Source of the DNA: Podarcis erhardii
Taxonomy: Eukaryota
NCBI GenBank assembly: GCA_964252035.1
Contig: OZ176214.1
DNA length: 64,000 bases
Direction: 5' to 3' (one strand)
Positions 1 through 12,365 of this stretch are shown one piece after another (the first letter of the stretch is position 1; each line of letters begins with the position of its first letter). The translations under genes were made by a program, and so were the position numbers. The notes below the pieces were generated by a model. It was not told the origin of the DNA, did no database searches, and saw only the letters and a program-made list of their open reading frames with translations.

Positions 1-223
1 AACTACACAAAATCTGCTCTTAAATACAACAATGTATGCTGAAGTGCATGATGCCATGGCTGGTGGTCTGGAGTCAAGAAAGAATGTGAGGATGTCTAAT
101 CTATGAGCAGCTGTCTGTGACTAAGTGATGAGAAGCTCATATATTAAGGATCCAGGGTAAAGAAAGCAGTTTATAGCAGGTGTGGAGAACATCAGTCCCA
201 ATGACTCAATGAACCCTCTAAGT

Positions 224-359
224 CAGGCATAGGCAAACTCAGCCCGCCAGATATTTTGGGACTGCAACTCCCATCATCCCTAGATAACAGGACCAGGAGT
301 CAGGGATGATGGGAGTTGTAGTCCCAAAACATCTGGAGGGCTGAGTTTGCCTTTGCCTG
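224..359. mobile_element. Non-autonomous hAT MITE
   Basis: TIRs caggcataggcaaactcagccc / gggctgagtttgcctttgcctg; perfect 8-bp TSD ctctaagt at 216-223 and 360-367. Confidence 0.9.
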
Positions 360-649
360 CTCTAAGTCTTTCTTCCTGGCCCTTGGGACTATCCTCAGGC
401 TACACCCCTATTGATCAAGCTTCACATCCTCCTTGAGTGTTTTTATCTGGCTAGAATGTTTCCTTGAACTCTTCCCTGGATGGTAGATTAGGTGGATGTG
501 TGTAGAAACTAGACTATTGTACAAAGGTCATATTTATATTTATTTCCCCACTTGCCATATCCTGCTCCTGCAATGTAGAAGGCTGCCCATAAGGAAATGT
601 GACTCTCAGGCTGAAATAGGTTCCCCACCTCAGCTTTATAGGACTAGGT

Positions 650-779
650 TAGGCATAGGCCAAATCAGCCCTCCAGATGTTTTGGGACTACAACTCCCAT
701 CATCCCTGACCACTGGTCCTGTTAGCTAGGGATGATAGAAGTTGTGGAGGGTCTGGAGGGTCGAGTTTGCCTGTGCCTG
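650..779. mobile_element. hAT MITE, same family as 224-359
   Basis: Same TIRs and internal gggactacaactcccatcatccc; perfect 8-bp TSD gactaggt at 642-649 and 780-787. Confidence 0.88.
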
Positions 780-1177
780 GACTAGGTGGAATTCTATACA
801 TTTATTGCATTACCACTCTCTGAGCATCTGCAATGATGTTGCAGCAGGGCATCAGAAATCTGTTGGTGTAATGTGAACAAGGAGTTAAATTACGTAGTGC
901 TTGGTCTCACGTCTTGAGGAGCAAATCCTGCATGTCTGGGTGTTCTGAGATAAGAATGCCAGGTATGCTGGTTTAGCATAGCAACACCAACAAGGTTGAG
1001 TGTATGACTTGCTGGGTCATTCACCCTCCCATCGATCCAGGAATGTAGAGATGGGTATAATAGTCTCTAGAGCATTGCTTTCATAATGTCCTGTCCTGTT
1101 TCCTGTTAGGGTTTGACTGAATCTCTGAGAATCAGGGGAAGAGGTTTTATGTTTTACACAGCAGTGCTAGCTAACAT

Positions 1178-1374
1178 GAGCTGGCGGAGGAAGAGGAGTG
1201 CGGGGGGAGTGCAGTGCCCCCGGCAGTGCAATCCCAGTAGGGTGCCATCACAGCTGCCCCTCACCCGCGCTGGGTGCCATGCCCCTGCAGGTGGCATGCC
1301 CCCCCCCCCCAGGACAAGTGCCAGCCCTGCCCCCGCCTGCTCTCTGCCCCCCGGTACATGAAGCTCCACCACTG
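1178..1374. mobile_element. GC-rich hAT-like MITE
   Basis: Imperfect TIRs gagctggcggag / gctccaccactg; ctaacat repeated on both sides (1171-1177, 1375-1381). Confidence 0.6.
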
Positions 1375-1932
1375 CTAACATTGTAATAGTGTTAGTGGAT
1401 CTGTGCATATGTTTTTTTACTTCAAAGACCAGAAGAACTGTAGATAGCAGATAGCAGTGTTTAGCTTTGTCTTGTGTCGGGAGGTGATGAACACTTTGTT
1501 GCTTTGAACTGTGTTGCAGAGGAGTTTCTCCCTTAACTGGGGACTCTGGAAGAAGCTGTTCTGCTGAGTGTAGTGCCCCCGGCAGTGCAATCCCAGTAGG
1601 GTTTTGTTTTGGCAAGTCAACATGGTGACATAGAAAGTCAGACTCCTGGTCCCTTATCTGAAATCCAAAGTATTCTCCAAAAGTTATTGTTTTTAATTAA
1701 AAAAGCCTTTAAAAAAAAACTTTTGGGATACCTCAATACTTGCCAAAACCTGCTTGCTCCAATCTCATGGATGTGCAGGCAAAGAGACTAGGCTTTCTAA
1801 TGTTATTTCAGCCCTCAAAAATAGCTTAAAAGAAGAATGAATTTTGGATCTAAATACATATAATGCTAACTCTATTATTTGCTGTCACCTGATGTGTTTT
1901 TCCTTCCTTCATTACAATTATTCTGACCCCAG

Positions 1933-2307
1933 AGGTAAAGGTAAAGGACCCCTGGTGGTTAAGACCAGTCAAAGCGACTATGGGGTGTGGCGCTCAACTC
2001 GCTTCAGGCCGAGGGAGCTGGTGTTTGTCCACAGACAGCTTTCTGGGACATGTGGCCAGCAGGACTAAACTGCTTCTGGCATACAGAGGACAGTGAGTGC
2101 CAGAGAACATGGAGACACTGTTTACCTTCCTGCCACAGCAGTACCTATTTATATAATTCGCACTGGTATGCTTCCTAACTGCCAGGTTCAGAGAAGCTGG
2201 GATAGAGCAAGGGGAACTCACATGATCGCGCAGATTTGAACCGCCAACCCTATGACTGGCAAGCCCAAGAGGCTCACTGGTTTAGAACACAGCACCACCC
2301 ACATCCC
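1933..2307 (-). mobile_element. Sauria SINE
   Basis: Reverse-complement (ACCTTT)n tail ggtaaaggtaaagg at left; body similar to the copies at 3709, 17481 and 40775. Confidence 0.88.
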
Positions 2308-3616
2308 CCCCAAGTGTGGGGAGGGGAAATTTTAAAAAAGGTTCCCGTTGGTACTAAGCACAACTGAAGCACCATAAGATATGCATGTGCATTGGGTGGG
2401 TAGAGTGTGAGTGGAATTGCAGTGGGGTGATGGAAGGGTTAATTTTCCAGTCCTAGGAACTGTGGTGGCAAGAAAAACTGCCCCCCCATAATTAAATATA
2501 GAAAAAAGGTTGCAAATTACAGAATTATTATCACATACTGTTAACACAATCTTCATAAGTGATCAGGGATTTCAGCTTGCATCTCTAACATTTCCATTTC
2601 CGCCAGGAGGCAAAATTCTGAAAGTGCATGAAAACATTTCATAGCAACACTTCAAAAACCTTCCAACACCTGTATCTGTTCCCCCACCCCCAATATCTTA
2701 TAATCCAGTCTTCATCAGAGGCAATAGCCATTTCATATATCCATCATTTTGATGTTTTCTCCCTGAGAACATCTATTTTTGACACATGTGCATAAATAGG
2801 CAACAGGGATACAGATCTGAGTACCCTGCTTTTCAATAGGGCACATAATGAAAAATGGGGTAACAATTCACATGGGATGCACAAGCAAGATTTCTACCTG
2901 CTTTCAAAAGTTGCAGATACGCTGTTGTAGATAGGTGTCCCAAACATGGAACGCCAGCATTCATGAAGATGGAAAGACAGCTTTTAAATTTATCTGTTTC
3001 TCACCAATTTTTAACTCTGTTTTTAAATATAAGGGAAGCACTAGTAGGATCTCAGACTTGGTAAAGGCTTTATCAAAACGGAAAGAAAACATTAGGGCAA
3101 ATGCCAAGAGGAAATTATTTAATTAGACTTTCTCTTCATTTTGGACAGCTGTATTTAAGGCATAAAATAATAATTTACATATTCTAGAGAAATGTTAAGC
3201 TGTGATAATGCAATCAGAGTAGACCCCAAGCAATGATTTAATCCTCAGCATTTTAATTACAGATCTTATAAATCTTACCCCCTTCCTTTAAAAGTTCAGC
3301 ATGGACTATGTTCAGAGGTGGTAATATCTGATATAATTTATTGCATAAGGGAGAATCCTATTATCACTTGCATATGATTGCCTTCCATGATAGTAATTAT
3401 TTCCTTAAAATTTTTGATTTATGCATCTAATTTCAAACTCAGCCTATTAGAAGATGCTACTTAACTGTCTTTCCAATTGTCACTGTGAGGTTCTGTGGCC
3501 TGATGAACATATGGCATTGTCCTATCTTCCCTTCCTGGTATGGATCAAGTTCAAAAGATGAGTGGAGCCACAGACATGTCAATTACCTGACATCATAATG
3601 ACACCAGTTGACCAGT

Positions 3617-3685
3617 TGTAGTACCTCAGATTAAGAACAGTTTCAGGTTCAGAACGAATTGAGTTCTTAATCCGAGGTGCCACTG
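3617..3685. mobile_element. Short Tigger-like (Tc1/mariner) MITE fragment
   Basis: gtacctcagattaagaac...gttcttaatccgaggtgccactg matches the terminal module of the MITEs at 44726 and 49828. Confidence 0.65.
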
Positions 3686-3708
3686 TTTAATATATAGGTA
3701 AAGGTAAA

Positions 3709-4103
3709 GGGGATGCGGGTGGAGCTGTGGTCTAAACCACTGAGCCGCTTGGGCTTGCCGATCAAAAGGTTGGCAGTTCGAATCCCCACGACAGGGTGAG
3801 CTCCCGTTACTCAGTCCCAGCTGCTGCCAACCTAGCAGTTCAAAAGAACACCAGTGCAAGTAGATAAAAAATAGGTACCGGTGTGGTGGGAAGGTAAACA
3901 GCATTTCCATGCAGTCTGGTTTCCATCATGGTGTTCCGTTGTGCCAGAAGCAGTTTAGTCATACTGGCCACATGACCCAGAAAGCTGTCTGTGAACAAAT
4001 GCCAGCTCCCTTGGCCTGAAGCGAGATGAGTGCTGCACCCCATAGTCGCTTTTGACTGGACTTAACTGTCCAGGGGTCTTTTACCTTTACCTTTACCCTT
4101 ACC
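3709..4103 (+). mobile_element. Full-length Sauria SINE
   Basis: tRNA-related head ggggatgcgggtggagctgtggtctaaacc, box-B-like gttcgaatccc, tail tttacctttacctttacc. Confidence 0.92.
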
Positions 4104-7090
4104 TATATAATATATTTATACATGTACACAGTCAGCATATGCATTTGCTCCTTGTCACAAAGAAGTTGGACTACTTTTCATCTACATATGTCTATGTTTA
4201 TTTTACACAGTAAACATAATATGTTACAGACTTCACACAGACGTCGGCAAAAAGCATTTCAATGAGACCTTCCTCATACATCCCTAGGAATTACATCACC
4301 TTCACCCATAACTGTGAGCCAAACCAAGCTTCCACCTCCCTTATGGAAGCTGGAAAGATTTTCAGCCTTATCTCTCAACAGTTAGTAATATTTATGCACA
4401 TTCTGTGAGTCTCCACACTCTGTAGAAGTAGTGACACTCAAATAGGCAACAGATAGGTGTATAAGCCTCCCAAAATAACCAGAACCCAGGACAGTGGGGT
4501 TTCACTTTCAGAATGCATATTGAAAATGCAGCAAAGTATATTTTCTCTTTCCCCTAACCTACTGAGTTTCATAAGCTGGAGTAGTAAAGAGAAGAACAAC
4601 AATTTATTTTATCAATTTGAAGGAGGCTAGCAAAAAACGTGAGACTGAGATTTCAGCCTTTGATGACTACTGCATTATGGTAAAGAGGTAATTTTTCAGA
4701 GCGGCCATAAATCCAGAATCTCATTATAAAAAGAAAGGAGTGCTCTGATTTAAAACGAGTAGACTGGACAGGAAAAACCCCCTACTAATAGCCATTGTTT
4801 TTGATAATAGTTGCAGCTATCGAAAGGTTGGTCTTGAGTTTGGGAATCATGGCTTTCCTCTGGGAGTGTGGTGTTATAGCAGACACATGTCAGTGCTGCA
4901 CCTTTGGCATATATTATGTGAATAAAATGCAATGCCGCTGGAAGGAGCATGGGTTGATTGTCTACAAGCTGTGCCCAGATGCAGAAGATAGTAGGTGTTG
5001 TGGACTGCTTAAGAACATAATAACAAAAGAGCAGCATCTTGTTCCCACATTGGCCAGTCAGATGCCTCTGGGAAGCACACATGGCAGGACCTGAGTGCAT
5101 CAGCACTTTTCCAGAAACTTCTGTTCAGAAGCATTGCTGCCTCTGACACTGCAGGTAAAACATAGCTCCCAGTTAGTTGCTATTGATGAATTTGTCTAAC
5201 AATTATTCCATTAATTTACAAGGCCTTGCCAACTTGGGTCCAGGGTACTTCAGGGACCACATGTTGTCTTATGTCTCTGCCTGATCACTGAGGTCTTAGG
5301 GGGAGTTACTGTTAGTCATTCCACGTAACTCATATCCACCAATAGCCATGCATTCAATATTGTGGGCCCAATTCTATGGAACTCTCTTTTGAGATCAGAC
5401 TGGTCCCATTCTTACTGAACTAACTGCAGACTTCATTATTCCATCAGAAAATTTAACTGAATTTGGATTGTATAGTTTTCTCATTTTTATTTTCATTGTG
5501 TTTAGTTTATGTACAGTGTTTAAAGATAATTTTAATTATGCAGTCAATAAAGGGTCAATAATAATAATAATAACTAAATGAACATCCTGTCTGTTTCAGC
5601 TGTTTTTTGTAAGAACAGAAATGGGGGATACAGTGGATTTATTTATGCATTTAAAGGAATATGAAGCTTGAACCACAGGTAATAGGTAAAAAACAACAAC
5701 ACAAAAAACCCCCAATGAGCTAGCAAAAATCCTAAAGCAACCCTAACCATTTAAATCCTGCCTTAAATAAAATATTTTGCTGCCCATTTAATCCATTACA
5801 CATCAGGTAAAGGAAGTAGGAAGTGAAGTTAATAGACTCATTAGTTCTGTTGTTGTATACTATACAAAGACAGCATATACTCAAAACCCAGTGTTGTTTC
5901 CCCTACGTAATCATGCTAAATTATAAAAACCCTCAATCAGCACAGCCTGTTTAAATATCATTCACTTTAGCAGTACAGATTTGCTAGGTATTTTCTATCT
6001 TTTTCCACATTAAGGGAAAGAAATACCCCCCCCCCTTTTTAAAGACTGTTATTATTTATTTTCATTTATTTTCATTAACCAAACACAGTATAAGTCTGGG
6101 AAATACAAAGATGGCAAGACTGGACATTTGCCAGGGCCCCAAGACCAGCAGAGGACCCAGGACCCCAGGTGAGAAGAAGCATTTTGAGTACAATGGGCAA
6201 GACCCCGCTTCATATCCTGAAGTCAGCACTGCCTGGAAGTGTTTATCTGAGCATTTTAGCAGCCAGCCTGACAGTGCAACATCCAGCATTTGCTTTGGTT
6301 TCCAGTAGAACACTTAATGTGTTGCTACCTCTCTGTTTTTATTTTTGTTACAAAAATGTCACAGTTAAAACAAGTACATGCCAATGGCTAGCAGGGCCAG
6401 AGGCAAAAATATGCAGTGCAATGAATGTAAATTTCACCTTTGATCAGTAGACTAGCTTCTGCACATACCCATGCACCCCTCCTCATCCTCCCTCGGCATG
6501 ATCCAAGTTCAGTGGCATGTTCCAGCCAGGCAAAAACATTCACGGAGGGTGTGAAGTAGGGCTGGTGAGGAGTGTGCCTAGGGAGAGACCTTGGGGCCAG
6601 GTAGACCTGGAGGGCTGCATTTTGCCTTCTCTGCCCCTATGCTACACAACCATCGTAGCTTGTAGTCAAGCCCTGAATTATTCAGAAATGTTCACATAAC
6701 CAGGATTCATTGCTGATTTAAACCTCCCCCAAGTCGACATGCTTGACATCCTGCTTCATTCAATCCCATCTATTTTATTTTATCAGTCCATCAATGAGTG
6801 TGTCTGTCTGCTCTGCTTGTGATCTATCGTGCAGCGTGGGTTGGATGACATAGCACTTGGGGAAATGGAGTCATCTAAGCAAGGGAGGGGGATGAATGCT
6901 ACAATTAAACAGCAATAGTTTATTCTTCTCACTCTTTGCTTAATCTCTTCTCATTATCATGTGTCATTTTCCCCCTTGATGTGTGCGGCTGTCTCTGCAT
7001 GCGGTATTTCTCCCCTCACATTGCCAGTGGCATTAAGGGTTGTTAAGATTTTTTCCAGATTTATCTCCAACCAAGTAAATAGTTTAGGGC

Positions 7091-7559
7091 TGTGGCGTTT
7101 GCCTCCTAGGATGGGTCATAAGGAAAGGGTTAAAATGGGTGTGATGTGATTGGCCAGTGAGAATGCAAGGGGGGAGTAAAAGTTAGAGTGGAAGGTTTTG
7201 AAAGTCAGTTGAGGTTTGGGAGGTGAAGAAGGAAGAGGGAGGATTAGGTGTGGGTTGGTAGAGTTGTATTGTGAGAGAGTGAGAGGAATTGTCAGGTGGA
7301 GTCAGATAGATAGTTGGGAATAATCAGTTTGGAGTTGTTAGGAACTAAGATTAAGAAACTGACAAGAGAAAAATAAATTGAAACTATACGCTTGTTCCTG
7401 CATTTAAAAATAAACTTGATTATTTGTTTTTGTTAACAACTGTCTGGACTCTGTGTGTCCCCGTGAGAAGTGGGGTGGTGGCAGTGAAGAAAGCAATCAC
7501 AGTGGTGGCACAGGGTCAATAGACCGTCAAACATCCGGGGGCCCTGTGTGATCGCCACA
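7091..7559 (+). mobile_element. Solo LTR (469 bp)
   Basis: Perfect terminal IR TGTGGCG...CGCCACA; 5-bp flanks agggc/acggc (4/5); internal gattgg (CCAAT-like) and AATAAA near 7409. Confidence 0.7.
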
Positions 7560-7677
7560 ACGGCCACCACTAAACATTACAGCAAGCATGAGCTTGTTGA
7601 AACCAGCACCCCTGTGGATTGTTATCTCCCTCTTTGGGGAATCATTTAGGGATATGAGGCATGTGATGTATTGCAGA

Positions 7678-7855
7678 AGGGATGTAGCTTTGTGGAAGAG
7701 TGTCTGCTTTCCATGCAGAAGCTCCAAGGTCCAATCCCCAGTGTCTCCAGGTTGCACTGGAAGAGACTCCTGTCTGAAATCCCAGAGAGCTGCTGCCAGT
7801 CAGTGTTGATAAGACTAGGAAAGATGGACCAATGACCTGATCCAGCATACGGAAT
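7678..7855 (+). mobile_element. tRNA-derived SINE, Squam3-like
   Basis: gggatgtagct...gagtgtctgctttccatgcagaag...caatcccc head followed by ctgccagtcagtg...gatggacca body. Confidence 0.65.
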
Positions 7856-7857
7856 GT

Positions 7858-8247
7858 TTCCGAGCACAATTCAAAGTATTGATGCTGACCTTTAAGGCCC
7901 TAAACGGCCTTGGTCCAGTATACTTGAAGGAGCATCTCCACCCACATTGTTCTGCCCAGACACTGAGATCCAGCGCCGAGGGCCTTTGGGCAGTTCTCTC
8001 ACTGTGAGAAGCCAAGTTACAGGGAACCAGGCAGAGGGCCTTCTCGGTAGTGGCTCCCGCCCTGTGGAACACCCTCCCATCAGATGTCAAAGGAAAAAAC
8101 AACTACCAGACTTTTGAAGACATCTGAAGGCAGCCCTGTTTAGGGAAGCTTTTAATATCTGAAGGACTATTGTATTTTAATATTTAGTTGGAAGCCGCCC
8201 AGAGTGGCTGGGGAAACCCAGCCAGATGGGCAGAGTATAATTAATAA

Positions 8248-8283
<36 letters not shown>
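7858..8283 (+). mobile_element. L2-clade LINE 3' fragment with (GTT)n tail
   Basis: Translates as RAQFKVLMLTFKALNGLGPVYLKEHL; 3' UTR ttggaagccgcccagagtggctgggg; matches the copy at 49041-50135. Confidence 0.8.
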
Positions 8284-8915
8284 ATCATGATAGAATTTTG
8301 CTGACCTTCTAAAACTTCCTGTGGCTAGAGGTCATATGAAAGGGGGAACTTGTCAGATGGAGGTGGTACTGGACCTATAATCTGTAGCTTCTATAGAGAG
8401 CTTATTGTATTTGCACAGTGCAAGTCGAAAGCAGGATTGGCTCCACTGGTATATTTGCACAGCATTGAGCTTGCCACTGTACCCCTACAGCGACTCAAAA
8501 AGATTGAGCCTCAGAGAAAGTCCCAGTCAGACGACTTATGAAAGTCCCAGTCAGAGGAAGACTGGGAGTTTATAGGAGCTGTTTGTCCCATTCCTTCCTG
8601 GTTGCTTTTAGTTACTGAACTAGCACTGCTACTGATGGAAGGTGGTTGGAGCAGTTTCACTGAGGCTATCAGATGTGCATGGGGTTACCTGGGTTGCCTG
8701 TTTATCTCTGTTCTCCTTTGAGGAGAACTCTTTTGAGTTGGGGGTCTTAAGTCAGCTAATATGCCTTTACATGTTTGTTTCTAAAATTATTTATATCCCA
8801 CCTTCATGGTGGCTCCCAGCAATAGAAAACATAAAGGACCTCATTAAAAGTAGTACAAAACAATCATTAAAATGATTAGTTACTCAATATAATTTCAGGC
8901 TGCATAGGCCTGCCA

Positions 8916-8952
8916 ACACACACACACACACACACACACATACACACACACA
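8916..8952. repeat. (CA)n microsatellite
   Basis: Seen directly. Confidence 0.95.
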
Positions 8953-10534
8953 TTTAAGAGATACCTGAAAGTCAAAAGCAAGGATGCCTGCTGAATCTCT
9001 GCTGGAAGCTTTTGGAGAATTTTGGTTCGATTCAGGTTTTAATGTGAACCTTATTCACACATTCTGAAACAACATTTGAATCGAAACACAGCAAGCCTTC
9101 AAAATTTGCAGTTCCATCAATTTTGTGATGCAGTTCTTCAGCCAAATAATGTATACAAATAGTGCACATTCGGGAAAGTGCATAAAATGTATGCATTTGT
9201 GAAAATAACATCTATTATATTCGGCAGAATTGCTTGCATGTATAAAGGGGGAAAATATTGCTCCAGAATACTGACAAATTTTCATGCACATTTCATGCAA
9301 ACTGCATATTGATGGGGGGGGGGGGAATAGAAAAATAAGAAAGAAATCTATACTTTTGGATCGCTTTGTATTACAAGTGAAAAGAAAAACTTTTGACACA
9401 TTGCTGCTGTTTTCGGGGAAAACCATATAGTTTCCGTTAGCCTTGGCCTAACCAAGATTGAACACAGCAACTTCAAAGATAATAACAGGAATACAGCTGT
9501 TTGTTCTACAAGGGCGGAACTGTCTGTAATGGTGCAGAGTGATTCTAAAAAGAAAGCTTTTATGTGTGTGTATATATAATCCTTCAATGAAGGAACTTTT
9601 GGCAAACCTGTTTGAACTCAACACATGAGTAAACAGTCCTGCCAAGATCCCAGGTGGTATGACTGTCACACTCTTATCTACGGTTTACAACTTTGTGATA
9701 TGCCATAGGGACTTGAACTTTTACAGCTGTAATGAACCATGTTTGGGGCTTATGCTTCAAGAAGTGCAGGGGAAATATTGCTTTGATATGGAATGTGAAG
9801 GAGTGGACACAGAAAAGAATGGTAGTAGGTCTGGTGTGAATGTTGCCAGAAGGAAGAGGGTGGGGTAAGAGTTGGATGGAAACAAATATAGGAGATCACT
9901 ACTTCTAATTACATTCATCCCAGACTTCAATTTACTGTAAATTTATTTTCACTCTCCCTTAGATAAACACTTTGTTCTTAACTCTGGGTATTTGTCTATG
10001 AAACCAACACTTTGAGGGTTGAAACGCCTGTCCTGATACCTATATCTCCCAAGAGGAGTTAGCACAAAAAATCTATGGCAATTTTAAATTGTAATATACT
10101 TTGCTTGTTCAGACCCAGAGACCTCCCCCCTAAATAAAGACACATTTGACTCACATTTTAGTTTTGGTTTTTGGCAGCATTTAGGCCACAACTTTGTTGA
10201 TTACAGAAAGTGAGTGGTTGCACAGGCTCTGGTTCGACTAGCTCTCTGCACCCTTGCAGGTAGCGCTAACCCAGAGCTCTATCATAGGTCAGCCAAGGGT
10301 GAACACCTGAGGTAGGCGGAAAGCCCGGGAACGGACGATGTCCACTCCCCAGATGCTCCCCTGGACTCAGGCACAGGCACAACCCCCTCTCAGGGGTTAA
10401 CCAAACCAAGTTGAGTCCTTGGATTCCTTTAATGGAATACCCTTCACATAGGGATGGTGAGACCGTTCCCCCATCCCTATCACCTGAACCAGTGCCTATC
10501 CACCACATGAGCACCCGTGCTCACCACCAACCAC

Positions 10535-11440
10535 TCACATCTGTAACCAATCCCTTAACCCTGCTGTCAATGAGGTCAGCCACAAATCATTCCCAATCAC
10601 AGACAGATGAACCCCATCAAGACTGTAAAGGGATGCATCATGGAAGGTAATGCCCAGGTGACAGATCACTATCCCGCCCAAAGCCAGAACCTTCTTGGCC
10701 ACTGTGCTCTGGATGCACCTCCTGGTCCTCTTGGTGGCAGCTGGGCATTGGCTACATCGCCACTCACGTCGTTGCAACAGCTGTAACCAAAAAAGTTTTG
10801 AGTGCAGGATGAGCTGCCTTCAACTCTTCCAAATCCTCCTGCGTGCGGGTCTGCAATCTCAAGCCGGGAACTTCTGGTAAATCGTTCTCGCCCAGCTGCA
10901 CCACCATAGCCACAGGTGTGCCTTCTGCAGACACCTTCGCCCGCACCGTCGGGAGAAGCTCCTCCCAACGCATTCCTCATCTGGATACCCAGCAGATGCA
11001 CATGTGGTCGGGGAGTCAGAGCCTGCGTCCAAATCCAGACTCCGCTGCCCTCCTGCCAGCCCAGTGGATGTTAGTTTATTCAGCTCTGGCTCTTGAGCTG
11101 ATACGGCTCATCTTGACTTGAGCCCAGCAGAGTTTAATCCCAGTCCACAAACGAAAGGATGAAGCAGGTATTGCTACATTGCTATGCTTTATTTCTAAGC
11201 TATACCAAGAACACACAAATGTTGCAGAGAGCAACTCCCAACAAAGAAACGACAGAACAAAGAAACAGGAAACCAATGAACATCACATCCAGTCTCCCTT
11301 TCCCGTAGGAACCCAACAGTAACTGAACTGTGGAATGAAAACATAGTCCCATGACTTGCAGCTGCTGCTCAGTGAGGGAAACAGAAACCAACAGTGGACA
11401 ATGCTGTGCCCGACTATCCAGATGTGCAGGGCAGGCGAAC
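10535..11440 (-). pseudogene. SGNH/GDSL-type hydrolase ORF split by a solo LTR
   Basis: Block I HIWIVGHSIVH (near 11395-11430) continues as WAGRRAAESGFG after the LTR; block II GMRW, block III VQLGENDL, block V DGVHLS; two in-frame stops and a frameshift. Confidence 0.8.
11069..11393 (-). mobile_element. Solo LTR (325 bp) inserted in the hydrolase ORF
   Basis: TGTTAG...CCAACA termini; perfect 5-bp TSD gtgga at 11064-11068 and 11394-11398; AATAAA on the minus strand. Confidence 0.85.
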
Positions 11441-11475
11441 CTAGGAATGAACAAAACAACTTTAATAATGGCACC

Positions 11476-12305
11476 TCAGCGCTGCTTCCATACATAACCC
11501 CTGTATGCATTAGACTTCCAGCGGCCCAGGTCCTTGATCCTGTCAATGGACAGGCCCCAATGCCCAGCAGTAGTGGCAGCACCAATGTGAAAGGAATGAG
11601 GTGCAAACTCACTGGCTAGCTGGCCACACGCTGCGATTGCCTTACGCATTACTGCAGCAAACTGATACCTCCTTAACGGGCTCACATCCTTGTGAATCAG
11701 GAAGGGACCAACCCCAGGAGGGAAAAGTGACAAATACTTCCTGGCATCTTTGACTGGGCAAGGGTCAGGCTTACCATTGGCAGGCAGTCTCATTAAGGCA
11801 CCTCTGCCCAACTGGTCCGTTTTGGAATTCCAGATGGTGAGAACCAGCTCCCCTTCAGAAAGCTGAACACCCTGCAAGAGCAAGCCCCTGGAGAACCCTC
11901 CTTGTGCTGACTCCAGCACCACTTCGCCCACACGCAGTGCACCAAAAAACACAATAGAATAAGCCACCGAAAAGAGTCTTGCTCATAAGTGGACCAGCAG
12001 ACAAGTCTTAACTTGCTGCACATCTTGGATAAAAAGTCAAAAGTGACCAGCCTCCTACCTGGCAACTTAGGTGGCTGCAATCTGGCCCAACCCTCCAGAG
12101 CCTTGTGCATGACAAACTTTGTACAAGGATCTCTAGAATAAAGAGATTTACAGAAAAATGAAATGGCAGAAGATTGAATTCCAATGGACTTCACCACATG
12201 ACCCATACTCCACAGGTGAGCCAAATACTGCAACACCTGATGAGGGGATGGCGACAAAGTATTGTCGATTGTCAAGTGCCATGATTGAAATGCTAAGAAG
12301 TCCAT
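11476..12305 (-). pseudogene. Tyrosine recombinase (one frameshift)
   Basis: FFGALRVGEV (catalytic R), NSKTDQ (K), HSFHIGAAT (HxxR with R to H), LGRWKSNAYRGY (W, catalytic Y); N-terminal binding domain in ORF 11793-12305. Confidence 0.9.
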
Positions 12306-12365
12306 CCAGGCTTTCTTATAAGACCAATGTGGAAAGAAAAACAGATGCCACTACTCCCTGAAGGA

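Noticed and set aside
1154-1615. 153-aa minus-strand ORF with repeated TLLGLHCRG peptide
   Set aside because: It arises from a GC-rich MITE and the 36-bp duplication; no protein family signature.
7678-7745. tRNA-like sequence (also 27390, 43420, 62777)
   Set aside because: These are SINE heads with degenerate boxes, followed by SINE body; no complete cloverleaf.
8350-10110. Two further LTR-like stretches (~8350-8760 and ~9600-10110)
   Set aside because: No matching TG...CA termini with a TSD could be identified.
10120-10535. Ngaro-type split direct repeats
   Set aside because: Searched by eye and found only inverted pairings; the 5' end of the element is missing, so the terminus type is unresolved.
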